Shown here: positions 25,450 to 37,944 of the stretch, piece by piece
Numbering within the stretch: the stretch's first letter is position 1
How the letters are laid out: every line of letters starts with the position of its first letter
Assembly (NCBI RefSeq): GCF_006345805.1
Contig: NC_043005.1
Span: forward strand, 62,434,001 to 62,498,000
Reading direction: 5' to 3'
Length of the DNA stretch: 64,000 nt
Source of the DNA: Octopus sinensis
Lineage: Eukaryota
The notes under the pieces: model-generated
Told to the model about the DNA's origin: nothing
Database searches by the model: none
What the model saw: the letters and a program-made list of their open reading frames with translations, nothing else
Program-made: the position numbers and the translations under genes

Positions 25450-25822
25450 ATCTTTAACTTGTTTTGGTCATTGGACTGTGGCCATTCTAGGACACTGCCT
25501 TGAAGAATTTTCAATTGAATGAATCAACCCAAGTATGTTTTTAAAGCCTGGCTCTTATTCTATTAATTCCTTTTGTGAACTGCTTAGTTATGGAAATGTA
25601 ACCACACCAATACCAGTTGTCAGGTGTTGGTGTGGGACAAACAGAGACAAAGATTAACACACACCATATGTGTGTGTGTGTATACAATGGACTTGTTTCT
25701 GTTACTATCAGACAAATCCACTCACAAGGCTTTGATTGGTCTGAGGCTATAGTAAAATACACTTGCCCAGTGGGACTGAACCTAGAACTATGTGGTTGAA
25801 AAGCAAACTTCTTGGCACACAA
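25450..25822 (-). mobile_element. SINE family A, diverged
   Basis: Reverse-complement match to the family A tail, core and head. Confidence 0.8.
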
Positions 25823-27479
25823 CTGCACCTTATATTATTATTTTTTAATTTTAGAAAGAAACAAGGCCAGTGCACATTTGCAATGCTTAAATTATAAACA
25901 GTCAGCTATTTGGGTGGGAATGTCAAATGAAAATACAGTTACAAAGTCAAATCTAAGAATTGCACACACAAGCACATGCACATATACAATATATCATGTA
26001 TAAGTAACATCTTGGAGCACTCTATAGAGTGACTCTCATTGATTAAAGCTAGTCATGTAGTCTTAGCTTTGTTGTTGGCTAACAGTGATTCAGCTACTGT
26101 CATGTAAATAGCGTAGTGACCAATCCAAACTTCTAGTCATCAAGAGCAACTACTCAATGAAACTAGCTAAATGTAATAACTTTGAATTTGTGTTGGTGAC
26201 TCTGGAACTTCTTAGATCATATACTTCAACAAAACAAAAAAAAACACACACCAACAACCAGCTTGTGACAGTTGAAGTCCCTCAGGTGATTCTGTCTCTT
26301 CAAAGCCAAAGCAGTTTTGTATCTAGCATTGATAATAACCCTGGATAGTGTTGAAAGAAACTAAATAAGACTCACTGTGAACTGTCACATTTTTACTTAG
26401 ATGAACAAAAAGAGAAAACTGCACATCCTTCCCCTGATTTATCTTTAAACTCAGAGACCAACAAACTGAATTCCTTCTAACATTGGGCATTGTTGAAAAA
26501 GTGACTTCATATGTTAATGGATTGTGAAACTGCAAGCCTTGCCTAATTCCAGATATTAGGCAAGTTCCAGATATTAAAGTAGTCAGCGATGCACCCTAGC
26601 CAGAGGCAAGAAATATGATCCAACTCTCATCGTTAGAAAATGTTTCTTCTGGAAAGCTTTTAAATGCTTAAAAGCACTATATGCATACATATAGACATTT
26701 CTGAACAATTATTCAATTTTCAGGAAACTCTAGAATAATTCACCAATAACATAATTTATCAATTGAAAAAAGTACAATAATAACATCAGATTATGGAGTG
26801 GACATGGCTAATGGACTCTTCTAGAGCTTTCACTCTCAAGATTATAAAGATATTAAAATTTCAGATAATATAAAAATTGTATAAAATCAGAAGTAAAAAG
26901 TATGTATGTATGTATGTATGAATAAAGTGATCCAAGAATATTACACTAGACTAAGAAAAATGTGACAGCTTTGTCTGTTTGTTAGAAACCAGCTCCTTTT
27001 TCAGAGGAAGAATTTAAATGATTAAACAGAGACACACAAGCACACATGCGTGCATGCATGAACACACACACACACATCGCACTCATAAAGGTAACCCTGA
27101 TCTTCAACTTAACATGGAGATTGTGTTAGAACACAGAATATTGTGTTGCTTACCTAGAGAGGATCTCTCATAAAAATGCATGGTGCACAAAAACACGTAA
27201 TTATATCACTGACAGATGAAAATCGTCTGCTACAGCCACTGGAACTGCAAGATCATGTGATTTTGCTATGCTATGGGTTCCTCAGTAACAGATGCCTAGC
27301 AGAATGTTAACAGCTGAATCTCCTATCAACAATATATAGAATTTCATTGTCTAGTTGTCTAGGAATCTATAAGTCAGAAAAAGTGTGCACTTGTATATTT
27401 ATCAATAGAATGGGTACATAAATCAAAGTATTCAATATTATCAATCCATTTCAATGGATCTTGCCAATCAGTTTCCATG

Positions 27480-27720
27480 GCAGGTTTCCATGGCACTTGA
27501 GTGAGTGAGATCACAATATTCCCTGAACAGACTGCCAGTCTGTTATCAAGTCCGTTACAGAGAGTCTCATTTATGACTGAGTGAACTGGGGCAATGCAAA
27601 TTGAAAAGGTGTATTGATAAGGAGCACAACACACCAGTCAGTTCAGGAACTAAAATCAATGATCTTGTAATCTAGAGAGCAACACCCTGATAACTAGTCT
27701 ATGTACCTTCATTATAACCA
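27480..27720 (-). mobile_element. tRNA-derived SINE (family D), diverged
   Basis: GACTGAGTGAACTGGGGCAATG..AAGGTGTATTGATAAGGAGCACAAC is homologous to segments near 32060, 42745 and 43220. Confidence 0.55.
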
Positions 27721-28315
27721 CCTATGAGAACTTAGCAAAATACACATTAAAATGGATCTAGTGATGGGGTGTGGAGAGAGTGAGAGAGAATGAAACAAAT
27801 AGACAAAGGTTGAAAAGCATGTATATTTCGGTTAACACATTTTCATATGCCTTTTATGAGCAAAAGCATCATTGATTATACATGTGGTACATGCCATGCA
27901 CATACATATACTTTTTAAAAGCATATGGCCTAGAGTGACTGTGAATAGGAGAGTTTGCAACATTAAAAATGATTGGGTATTGAAGAAGTCAGATGTGAAG
28001 AAAAAATAAAGACTTGTAATCACAAAATAGCTAAAAGGCTTTGATACTTCACATTCTTCTTTAAAAAAGTGCATATAGTATGTGTAACTAATGATGCTTT
28101 TGCTCACAATATGCATAATATAAAGAAATTATTTTTCAAATGTGTCATCTAGCAATGATAGAATACAACAGTATTCTATGATTTCCTTGGGAAATTCATG
28201 TACCTCCATTACTTCTGACTAATTTTTCTATCTTTGTAAATATATTCTACGAAGAACTTTTATAACCACACACACACATACATACAGCCCCAAAACAGCT
28301 GGGCTCTCTCTTACC

Positions 28316-28510
28316 TCAGAGAAGACCTGGATGTAAAGCACTCAACATACAAAAAAAAAAGACTATGCATGGGTATGTTGCCTGGAAGCTTGAAGAATTG
28401 ACATGAAGCACAGCCTCTCTTAGACACAAGACCACTACATCACAACACACTTTGAAGGTCATGCATTCACAATCCAGGAACAGGAGATTGCCACAAAGTA
28501 CATGGTGAAC
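28316..28510 (+). mobile_element. Decayed RTE LINE C-terminal fragment at the 5' flank of the young LINE
   Basis: GAAGACCTGGAT..AAAAGACTATGCATGGGTATG..GGAACAGGAGATTGCCACAAAGTACATGG resembles the RTE ..RRLRWYGHV..GRGRPRKTW region. Confidence 0.45.
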
Positions 28511-29882
28511 AAGAGACGCTCTTGTAATCCAACCGGTTTCCCTTACATCAATAATCAGCAAGATGTTCGAAACCATCCTTAAGAAAAGTATGATGCTCCA
28601 CCTCCTAAACACAGCCTCGATCACTGATTCCCAACACGGCTTCGTGCCGAAGAGATCATGTTTGACCAACTTACTAGTAATGGAAGAATTGGTGACGTGC
28701 ATCCTCGATGATAGTGATGCTGTTGACATCGTTTTATTGGACTTTGCCAAAGCTTTTGACTCGGTAAACCACCGCCTACTACTTGTCAAGCTTCAAGCAT
28801 ATAGTTTCCATCCGGATATTGTACGATGGGTTGGTGCCTTCCTCTCAGATCGCTCCTTCCAAGTTCAAGTTAATGGTTCGCGGTCCGACGTCTCCAGTGC
28901 GAGCAGTGGCGTGCCTCAAGGTTCAGTGCTTGGGCCCTTGTTGTTCTTAGTCTTCATAAATGACTTGCCCGACGACCTCACGCAACACACCCTTCTATTT
29001 GCCGACGATATCAAACTGGTCGCTCCTCGCGGTAGTATAGAGGATCTTCGTCGATGCCTCCACCAAATTTGGAAGTGGTCTAACGATTGGGACCTGTGTC
29101 TGAACGTGTCAAAGTGCTGTCATCTGCCTGTCGGCTCTACTCCTGCAACTCAACTTGATTTCGAGCCGGGTCGTCTGCTGCTGGAGAGGACCGATCAGGT
29201 AAAGGACCTGGGTATCTTGGTGGATTCCTCCTTTTCGCCTTCGGCCCAGTGCGTCCATGCTGCCAACAAAGCGCGTGGAATTCTGTTTTTGATTCGATGG
29301 TCATTCGGAATGCTCACAGCAGCCATATTCCTGCCACTCTATGTCACGCTGGTGAGACCCATATTGGAGTATGGGATTCAAGCCTCTTCTCCTTATCTCC
29401 TCAAAGACATACAGCACCTCGAAAGAGTCCAGAGGCTGGCTACCCGCATTGTTCATGGTCTCAAAAATTTGTCCTACGAAGAAAGGCTGAGGACGCTGGA
29501 CCTTTGTTCTCTTGAAAAACGCCGCCGCCGTGGTGATCTCATTCTCGCCCACAACATCATAAGCGGGAAGTGTAACCTCTCGAAAGAGCTGTTCTTCACT
29601 CCTGCTCCGGAGCGTCGGCTGCGGGGTCATTCCGAAAAGCTCTACCTGCGACGATTTCATCTCAATCAAAGGAGAGGAGCTTTCTCCGTCCGGGTTGCGG
29701 ATCCGTGGAACAAGCTGCCAGACGAGATGGTGAAGATGCCGACGACCGCTTTGTTCAAAGCCTCCCTGGACCTCAAGTGGCCTGAACTCTTTACATGAAC
29801 ACCACCCTGTACTTAACTCCATGTCCCCCTACATGGCCTTGCTATTTGCTTTTGAGCCAAATTAACTAACTAACTAACTAAC
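28510..29882 (+). mobile_element. 5'-truncated CR1/L2-group LINE with intact RT frame, 3' stem-loop and (AACT)n tail
   Basis: Frame begins at about QPVSLTSIISK; 3'UTR stem CCATGT 29819-24 / ACATGG 29831-36; tail of about 5 AACT units at 29863-29882; no target-site duplication found; 5' junction uncertain (28510-28533). Confidence 0.9.
28563..29798 (+). CDS. Non-LTR retrotransposon reverse transcriptase (ORF2 C-terminal 411 aa; no endonuclease domain present)
   Basis: QHGFVPKRSCLTNLL, LLDFAKAFDSVNH, GVPQGSVLGPLLF, LFADDIKL, KDLGILVD, RPILEY, LERVQRLATR, YEERL..SLEKRRRRGDLI, FSVRVADPWNKLP; no stop codons. Confidence 0.93.
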   Translation: MFETILKKSMMLHLLNTASITDSQHGFVPKRSCLTNLLVMEELVTCILDDSDAVDIVLLDFAKAFDSVNHRLLLVKLQAYSFHPDIVRWVGAFLSDRSFQVQVNGSRSDVSSASSGVPQGSVLGPLLFLVFINDLPDDLTQHTLLFADDIKLVAPRGSIEDLRRCLHQIWKWSNDWDLCLNVSKCCHLPVGSTPATQLDFEPGRLLLERTDQVKDLGILVDSSFSPSAQCVHAANKARGILFLIRWSFGMLTAAIFLPLYVTLVRPILEYGIQASSPYLLKDIQHLERVQRLATRIVHGLKNLSYEERLRTLDLCSLEKRRRRGDLILAHNIISGKCNLSKELFFTPAPERRLRGHSEKLYLRRFHLNQRRGAFSVRVADPWNKLPDEMVKMPTTALFKASLDLKWPELFT

Positions 29883-29899
29883 ATGTCATGTTTCTGTGG

Positions 29900-30040
29900 A
29901 AGATTTTCATGTGATTAGCAGCTGTGATTAGCATGCCAAAACAGATACAGAAGCCTGGTGTAGTCTTCTACCTGGCTGGTTCTTGTCAAACTGTCCAACC
30001 CATGCCAATATAGAAGGCGGATATTAAATGATGATGATTT
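29900..30040 (+). mobile_element. Family C (RTE-tail) fragment
   Basis: TGTCAAACTGTCCAACCCATGCCAATATAGAAGGCGGATATTAAATGATGATGAT. Confidence 0.65.
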
Positions 30041-30052
30041 TATATATATATA

Positions 30053-30266
30053 TAAAGTTAATCCAAACTTGGAAACACAAAGAGAAAACACAACAAAGCG
30101 AGGACGTGGAACAAATATAGTATTATTGGATGCTCAGGAAGGAAGGGAAGAAGGAGGGTTTTATGTTTCGAGCAGAGCTCTTTGTCAGAAAAATAGGAAA
30201 AGGAAAGATCCAGAGAAGGGAAGACGGAGGAAAAAAAATCGCCAACGGTACACACGCGGTCACATT

Positions 30267-30272
<6 letters not shown>
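30053..30272 (-). mobile_element. Short (TA)n-flanked element with decayed hammerhead-like motif (Penelope-like terminal fragment)
   Basis: Minus strand CTGACAA-A-GAGC-TCT-GCTC-GAAA-CAT-A-AAAC at 30158-30188; homologous to 45035-45155. Confidence 0.6.
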
Positions 30273-30312
<40 letters not shown>

Positions 30313-31418
30313 AAATATAGACATACACACAAAACTAATGTTGCATGGATGAACTCCTATGGATGAGAGGTGTTACCACCCTTCCTGCACAAGTGTGAAC
30401 ATTTTTGCACCAGTAGGCCATGTCAGTACCCAGCTGTTATGCCTAGAGTACAGACATGCAGTTTTGGCAGAAAAATATATAGTCAGATACATTTTGAAAG
30501 TGCCTTGTATATCTCCACTCATAAATTTCCAAATAGATATATTTTTGCTTACTTGTTGTAGTGAGTTGCATTTTTTCCCCCTTTAAATAAGAAAGGTCAT
30601 ATTTTTAGCAATGTTAACTTAAAGGTAGCAAAATATTTTTATGATATTGAGAATGCAAATAGGTAATCTATAATAAAATCCTGTTTCGAATTATTTACAT
30701 TTTAGTTACATATTGATGCAGGAAAACAACTGTTTTAAGCGGAGATTTTTAAAATCCTTCTGACTTTTTATAATACATTTTTAACCCTTAAATCAATCTT
30801 TGGAGTTTTATATTTTGAACATCAGACATTTAGGATCAGGTGTTTTTTTCATTTAGAAAATAAATTCAGTTATGCAATATATATCATTTAACGTAATGCT
30901 AAAATCATTTAATAAAATAAAATATTTTTCATATAAATTGAATTGTATACACACACACACACACAAAGTGATATTAATATTAAGCAATATGTATAGCATA
31001 TGTTCAGTAAAGGAAGAATTTTGTGTTATTACCAATTAGAGCAGGTGACAGAAATACAAATAAAATTTTAAGAAGTATATGATCTTGTAACAGTGCATAT
31101 AAATTGTGCAACTGTGTTTATAGACAAGCTGTGGCATTAGCTTGTATAGTTCATTATTTTGCTGTTTCTGTTTTGATTTTAAAATTTAATTATGAATTGT
31201 TTGCATGGGGACAGTTATGGAATATATGAATATTTAGTGTATTAATGTTTTCATAATTGATTTGTAAGGTTCTCGATGTGAACCCATGTGTTGAAACAAA
31301 TTATGTTGTACTTTGGGAGGGTCATTATGCCAATAATAAGCACATGCATTGTTTATATTTCACTTCTTATATTATTATTCATTAACATTTAACCAATTAA
31401 CTAATCAAGTGTTTGATT

Positions 31419-31594
31419 AATTGTTCAGTCAATCAATCAGCTAAGTTTGTCAAAGTCCTTTTATCATCATTGGTGATCACATCAATGACATACCCTCTCT
31501 AGTCAAGGTCTGGTTCAGGTCTTGACCTAAAGCAAGCAATGAGAGAACTTTGACAAACCTAGCTGATTGACAGACAGATTGATTAATCAACAAT
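31419..31594. mobile_element. Palindromic (fold-back) MITE-like element
   Basis: 26-bp arms 31433-58 / 31545-70 with 2 mismatches; outer AATTGTT..TCAATC arms; inner GTCAAG..CTTGAC hairpin. Confidence 0.7.
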
Positions 31595-31846
31595 TGATTA
31601 TTTTTATCCCTTTACATTATTAATATTTCTGTACTCGTTGTGTTTCCACCTAATATAAGCAATTCTAGAGACACATTCTTCACACCATGGAAAGAGGATC
31701 AACTTAATGCTAGCCTAATATATTCAATCACACAGGTTGCATAATTTTTCACATGGAATCATTTACATGTAAGGTGATTAGGAACAGTGTCGTACAATAA
31801 CAATTGCAACAAATAAGTTGTGCTAGTTCATTCTCTGTCATCTAAC

Positions 31847-31877
<31 letters not shown>

Positions 31878-31929
31878 CATGTGTGTGATGGAATCTCCAA
31901 TCGAAGATGACATGAATGCTCAGCTTTTG

Positions 31930-32200
31930 GCTGAATGACTTGCACAAATGATTTGTTGAAACAGATTAGTGATCAAATGTATATGCTGTACTTTAGCTCA
32001 CTCTCTCCATTAAACTGACATAGAGGTGCACAAGTGTGCCACATGTCGAAATGATCACAGTCAGTGTGGAATGAAGTGTTTTTGCTCAAGAACCCAGCTC
32101 ATGAATCAAATCCATGATTTAGCAATCATCCCAGCATGGAAGGCGGATGTTAAATGATGATGATGACGATGAATGCAATGCCCTAACCACTAAGACCATG
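31930..32200 (-). mobile_element. SINE family D, diverged, interrupted by a family C tail
   Basis: GAATGAAGTGTTTTTGCTCAAGAAC..CCCTAACCACTAAGACCATGTGCCTTCAC, with CCAGCATGGAAGGCGGATGTTAAATGATGAT inserted at about 32130-32170. Confidence 0.55.
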
Positions 32201-32227
32201 TGCCTTCACATATATATACATATATAC

Positions 32228-32282
<55 letters not shown>

Positions 32283-32329
32283 TGCATATGTATGTGTGTG
32301 TGTATGTGTTTGTATATAAATATATATAT

Positions 32330-32500
32330 ACACACACTCTCGGAGTGGTTGGTGTTAGGAAGGGCATCCAGCTGTAGAAACTATGTCAGATCAAGATTGG
32401 ACCCTGGTACAGCCATCTGGTTCGCCAGTCCTCAGTCAAATCGGCCAGCCCATGCTAGCATGGAAAGCGGATGTTAAACGATGATGATGATGATGATGAT
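32330..32500 (+). mobile_element. Family C (RTE-tail) element
   Basis: GGTGTTAGGAAGGGCATCCAGCTGTAGAAA..CCATGCTAGCATGGAAAGCGGATGTTAAACGATGATGAT. Confidence 0.8.
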
Positions 32501-32841
32501 ATATATATATATTTATATATATAAAAGCTTGGATGGCATTACTATTTGCTCACTGCATAAATAATTTAATTCTTGTTGGAACACAAATTACTTTACTTCA
32601 CTTGATTTTCCATATTATTTTAGTGTTATAAATGTAGCTCTTAATTAAGACTGGGTGTATATTTTTGCCTATAACTGATTTCATGATCAGGAATAAAAGA
32701 AATTCAAGAAAAGCCCTTTACAATATTTCATTCATTTTTAGAAATTTTTCAGAAATGGTATGTCTTGATGTGACCATTTGGATTTGGTCTTTAAAGAAAT
32801 CTGGGAATCAAATACCTAACATTCTTGTTATGGCAACTTAC

Positions 32842-32889
32842 TTCAGCTCATGGTTTGAGTTATCATCATTGACTTTGTAAATGCTTTTG
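32842..32889 (-). CDS. Candidate 48-nt exon (phase 2-2), peptide KSIYKVNDDNSNHEL
   Basis: Acceptor gtattttgcttcag, donor GAA/gtaagt, one open frame; no homology recognised. Confidence 0.25.
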
Positions 32890-33820
32890 CTGAAGCAAAA
32901 TACTGAATCATACTTGAATCAAATTTGTTTTGCAGGATATTAGAGAGCTGGAAAACCATCAGTTCAGAATTGTATCAAGAGAGCATGTTTCTTTGGTTAT
33001 TGCTTGTTCAGTTAGAATAATGTGTGTTAGGCTGTTGGAAGTAGATGCCTAAAAGAAAATATCTAAATTATCACATTATTGCTCTTTCTGTGGCTGATAG
33101 AAGACATTTTCCTACAGGTCTATGGGTAAATAGTAAATCTAGGAACTGAATTTTATATTAGTCATTTTGACATAGAATTAGTTTGAATTGTTATTTTTAA
33201 GGCTAGTGACCCACTTGAGTAGCAACAAAAAGCCTTTTGTTTTAATTTGATTAAACTGTCAGGAACTTTCATTTACTCAGTCTTTTTCACAAGCAAGTTT
33301 TAGTGGTGCTTGAAATTTTAAGTCAATGCCTGTAAAAGAAATAAATTGATATCTTTGGTAACGGCTAACAGTTTTCTTATGAGTATTTGTCTGTCTGTGT
33401 TTGGCAATAGTGTATTACTGTTGTTGTTTCTCTAAATGTTTAAGACAAACATGAGAATTAATGGTCTTCAAAATTTATCAGTACAGAAATTGTATTTTCT
33501 TGTCAGGCTAAGTTGTTCAAAATAAGACAATCTACTTATTCTAGCTGAAGCTCCAATTGCTTTCCAATCAATTTTGTGGAGGTCAAAGTTTTCTAAGAAT
33601 GGACATTTGTTTTTGTGCAATTTTTGGATTATGAAACTTTTCTTGGTGCCATACATTGAGAACTTAATAACTGTAATACCTGAGAAAAAGGAAGGGTTTA
33701 TTTCATTATTGGGCTTTATATCTGTGCTATTGCTAAAAGTAGAGTAATTTGTTATACCTGCATGTGGCTTACAGGTTTGTAATTATAGAAGAAATAACTG
33801 CTGCCAACATTTCTATGTTA

Positions 33821-34045
33821 TTACACTTTTGTTACCATATTTCTGTTGAGATACACTACATCTATTTCAATTAATTTTGAAAATAACAAAGAATTTAGTA
33901 AAATGACTGTCATTATTAAGCTGGTGTTTAGAACATAAATTAACATGAAATTTTTATGGAAGTTTAACGTAAATCTTTTTAAAACTGAAAGTATTCATCA
34001 TAAAAACAGGGTTAGTTCCAAGCAGATTGGTATCAAAAGGGTTAA
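33821..34045 (+). mobile_element. piggyBac-like MITE (second family)
   Basis: Ends AAAAGGG-TTAA; internal match to 15290-15474. Confidence 0.6.
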
Positions 34046-34219
34046 GACATGAGCTTCCAGGTATAATACACCCAAAGGCTATTATATTACTGGCATATTC
34101 AGGTTACATAGAAGGCTGGTTGATGTCAAATATCACCAAAATCTTTCTTTACATTTGTGAGTATCTTTGAAACATTTACAATGATAAAATGTATCAAGCG
34201 TTCAATACATGATATATAA

Positions 34220-34815
34220 TAATGGGAAATAGTGGAAGAGGGAGACTGATCACTTAAAATGAAGGTAAGATATGGAACAAAGTATTGAAGGCTGATCTTA
34301 AGATGCTGAGCCTTATGAAGGAGATGACAGAGGATTGAGAAATGTGGCACATTGCTGTAGACAAGAAGGCCTGTCCACCACAATTGAATCGATATCTTAA
34401 AACCAAGGTGCCACATAAAAAGGCTTTGTTCTGGGTGCTGATGCCACATAAAAAGCACTGATGCTGGTGTCGCATAAAATGCACTGGTGTTGTTATCACA
34501 TAAAGTGCACTGGTATTGGTGCCATGTAAAAAGATTTAGAGCAGGTACCACAAAAATCACTGGTGACGGTGTCACATAAAAAGCACTGGTGCTGGTTCCA
34601 TGCAAGAAGCACTGGTGTCATAAAAAGCAATTGGTGATTATGCCAGGTAAAAATCACCCAGTATACTCTGTAAATTGGTTGGTGTTAGGAAGGGCATCCA
34701 GCTGTAGAAATCAAGCCAAAACAGACTATGGAACTTGGTGTGGCCTTTGACCTTGCCAGCTCCTGTCAAGCTCTCCAACTCATGCCAGCATGGAAAATGG
34801 ATAATAAATGATGAT
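34220..34815 (+). mobile_element. RTE C-terminus, about 26-bp minisatellite and family C tail
   Basis: GNSGRGR..KIWNKVLKADLKMLSLMKEMTED*EMWHIAV, then about 9 diverged GGTG(C/T)CACATAAAAAGCACTGGTG units (34407-34660), then GGTGTTAGGAAGGGCATCCAGCTGTAGAAA..CATGCCAGCATGGAA. Confidence 0.7.
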
Positions 34816-36234
34816 AATGAGGAGGAAGATCCTTCTGTGTACCTGACAATCAGTGAGTGACTCATGTAAGAATAAGAAGTAAGCACTCAAACAACAAAGT
34901 TTCTCAAGATATACAAAACCACTTCACTGTACTTTTTGGATTGATCAATAAACTGTGAAGCCTGTTAAATCCAACAGAGCATCTTGTATTTCTGGTGAGA
35001 TATGTGGCTATATTAATGTAATTGCTATTGTATTGCTATGTGCTGGCAAGATCATATAAGAGTAGAATTTTGTTTTGATTCCTTTTAATATAGAGTGCTT
35101 GGGAATTTGAAGGAAATAGTGTTGGTGTAGGCGACCATGCTTTACTAAAGCTAGTATTTATGCATCAGTTTTGTAGTAATATTGCATGCTGCAGCTGACC
35201 CTTTTGTATGTAACAGAGCTCTTTTCGATGTTGATTGATAGTGATGAAAAAAAAAAGAGGAAAGAGTGTTTTCTGGTCACAATAGTACATTGATATGTTG
35301 TCACACATATCATTTTTCTCTTTTTTGACTTGTTTTGGCATTTAACTTGGATATGATACTGTTGTAGAGAGTTGTAGTGTATTTTTGCCTAAAGTTTCAT
35401 ATTATTTGTTCAGTACCTTTCATGGGATGGTTGATGCTACTCTTCAGAGAGCGTTTTACCTGTTTTCTTTTATCATTATTTAACGTTTCATTCCAAAATA
35501 TTATGAGAGCAACCCCATTTTACCAAGATATTTAATGTATTTCAGTAGCTATGTACACATGATAGGGTTTTGATGTTGTTTGGTTACCTCATGAAATGAC
35601 ATTAGTCATGTTAGGTTTTATTGATACCAACTTTATTGTGCGAAGTTCATTGGATGATTGCATTCTTCTCTTTGCTGAATTATTGTTTGTGTGTACCCAG
35701 GTAGTATATTCTGCAACACTGTGCACACAATGTGCCACAATGTGTGTGAGGGCGCAAGTGCATGTTTGTATGTGTATGTGTGTGTATGTGTATGTATGTG
35801 TATGTATATATTCATTGCTAGTAAGTTATGAAAGTGACTCAAGGGCTGCTGTGAGTTTTGTGCATGCCATTTATCAAACTGACATAAAAACTGAGTTTGT
35901 TTCATGTATAGTGAGAATTGCAATTCCTTCCAGAATGTTTGATTAAAATTTTTATTGAAGTGTAACATGATATCTGGAAAATTTCAAAATATGCCTGTTA
36001 AACAGAGGGTAGATGTGAGAGGAAATAAATGCAGTTGGTTCATAGCAGCAGGGCTTTCAGTTCAATTCCACCGAATCCAACACCATGTTGTTGTGAAGTG
36101 ACTGTACAATACATTTACACAAGGTGCTACATTTACATTGTGACCCCTTGTTAAAATGCATTTTACGATAGCACTGGACTAGCAAATGTGCTTCTGGCTA
36201 ATTTCAAAAAAGGAAATTGTGTTTGTTTGTATGT

Positions 36235-36319
36235 ATAAGGATGTATGTATGTATGTATGTATGTATGTATGTATGTATGTATGTATGTATGTATGTATGT
36301 ATGTATATATTTACATATG

Positions 36320-36353
<34 letters not shown>

Positions 36354-36393
36354 TGTATATGTACATATATATACATATACATATGTATATATA

Positions 36394-36451
<58 letters not shown>

Positions 36452-36493
36452 TATACATGTATATATATTATATATATATGTACATATATATAT

Positions 36494-36528
<35 letters not shown>

Positions 36529-36535
36529 ACATATT
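36235..36535. repeat. Compound (TATG)n/(TA)n/(CA)n microsatellite
   Basis: Directly visible; source of several CIYIY-type ORFs. Confidence 0.95.
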
Positions 36536-37944
36536 TATATATCTTATGCATACAGACATTTTCTCTGTGTGCGTGTATGTGTGGGGATATATGTATATGT
36601 ATGCATGTGTTTTGATATTTTTGATGTATATTTTATGCATATAGAAAAACTCTTGAAGACCAAAGAGACCAGAAAATCAGATAATATGAGTTACATAGCT
36701 GTGTTATATGGAGTCAATCACTATATTTTTATGTATAAATGTATGCATGCATATGTATATATACACACATACATATATGTACGTATCCATATAAACACAC
36801 ACATCATCAATGTCATTTTGAACTCATTTTTCATGCCGGCATGGGTTAGATGGTTTCAAGTTCAGTTTTACTGTGTGGCACCTTGGTCAGGAATCTTCTG
36901 TTATAACCCTGGCAGACTAAAGTGTCCTGAGTGGATTAGGTAGGTAGCAACTGAAAGCAGCCTGTTATATATATATGCACGTGCATAAGAAAAAAAGAGA
37001 GAGGGAGAGAAAAAGAGTGAATGAGAGAGAGCATATGTATGTTTGTGTTACCTTATGACATCACATGAGTCTTGTAAATGTGTGTCACTGTCACATAATC
37101 AGTGTCATTTATTTCCAATATTGAGCAGAAACATATCTGGCCATGGTGAAATATTATCTTTGCTTGAAAACAGCTGAGTGTTGGCAACAAGAAGGGCACC
37201 TGGCCATAAAAAAGTTTGCCTCTCTAAACTTTGTTTGATCCACGTAAGCATAGAAAAGGGGATGTTAAAATGATGATAATATATACACCGATATATGTAT
37301 ATATATGTGTGTGTACACATATATAAATTGTTTGTGTACATACATATATATATTATTTGTGTAAGTGCGTGTATTTGTATGTGTATGTATGCATATATTT
37401 ATAAATTCCATTATAAGAAACACTGCCCACCTATATGCTTTTTAGTAAACCCCTAAATATCAATACTATGACCTGAAGCTGACATACCTAAACATGTACA
37501 TCTGTCTACAAAGTTTTACATGTATGAATAAATTCTGAACAATAACATAATCCGAGATTTAATCGCTAAAACTTCCTCTGAAATTCCTTTCCATCACAAC
37601 CTACCCTAGAGGCTAAGTACCATGCAGCTGAACCTTACATACCCAAGGAGAATCTTATCTCAACAGAGACTATATAAAGCCAAGATTAACTTAAATGCAT
37701 CACAGTCTGATGATGGATTAGCTAGCCAAAAATTCCAAGTCACTGTCAATACTAATCTAGTTAAAGAATAATAAATTTGTGCTCAACAAAAGTATAGAGT
37801 AACCCTTCAGATTAATGTAAAATTGTTTTTATTGTAATTAAACATAAAAAAACCCATTAATATATATATTTTATATAAAACATTTTTATACACAAGTATT
37901 TTACACACACATACACACACAGAGCATGTGTGTGTTTAGAAAGT

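Noticed and set aside
27150-27190. Minus-strand ctctctag/gtaagc as a recursive (zero-length) splice site
   Set aside because: Weak polypyrimidine tract; such juxtapositions are expected by chance in 64 kb
29301-29822. 173-aa antisense ORF (also 28316-28789 minus and 29249-29515 plus)
   Set aside because: Shadow ORFs of the GC-richer LINE RT; no recognisable motifs
35100-35460. Possible decayed Penelope GIY-YIG region on the minus strand
   Set aside because: Only vague similarity; no readable GIY/YIG motif
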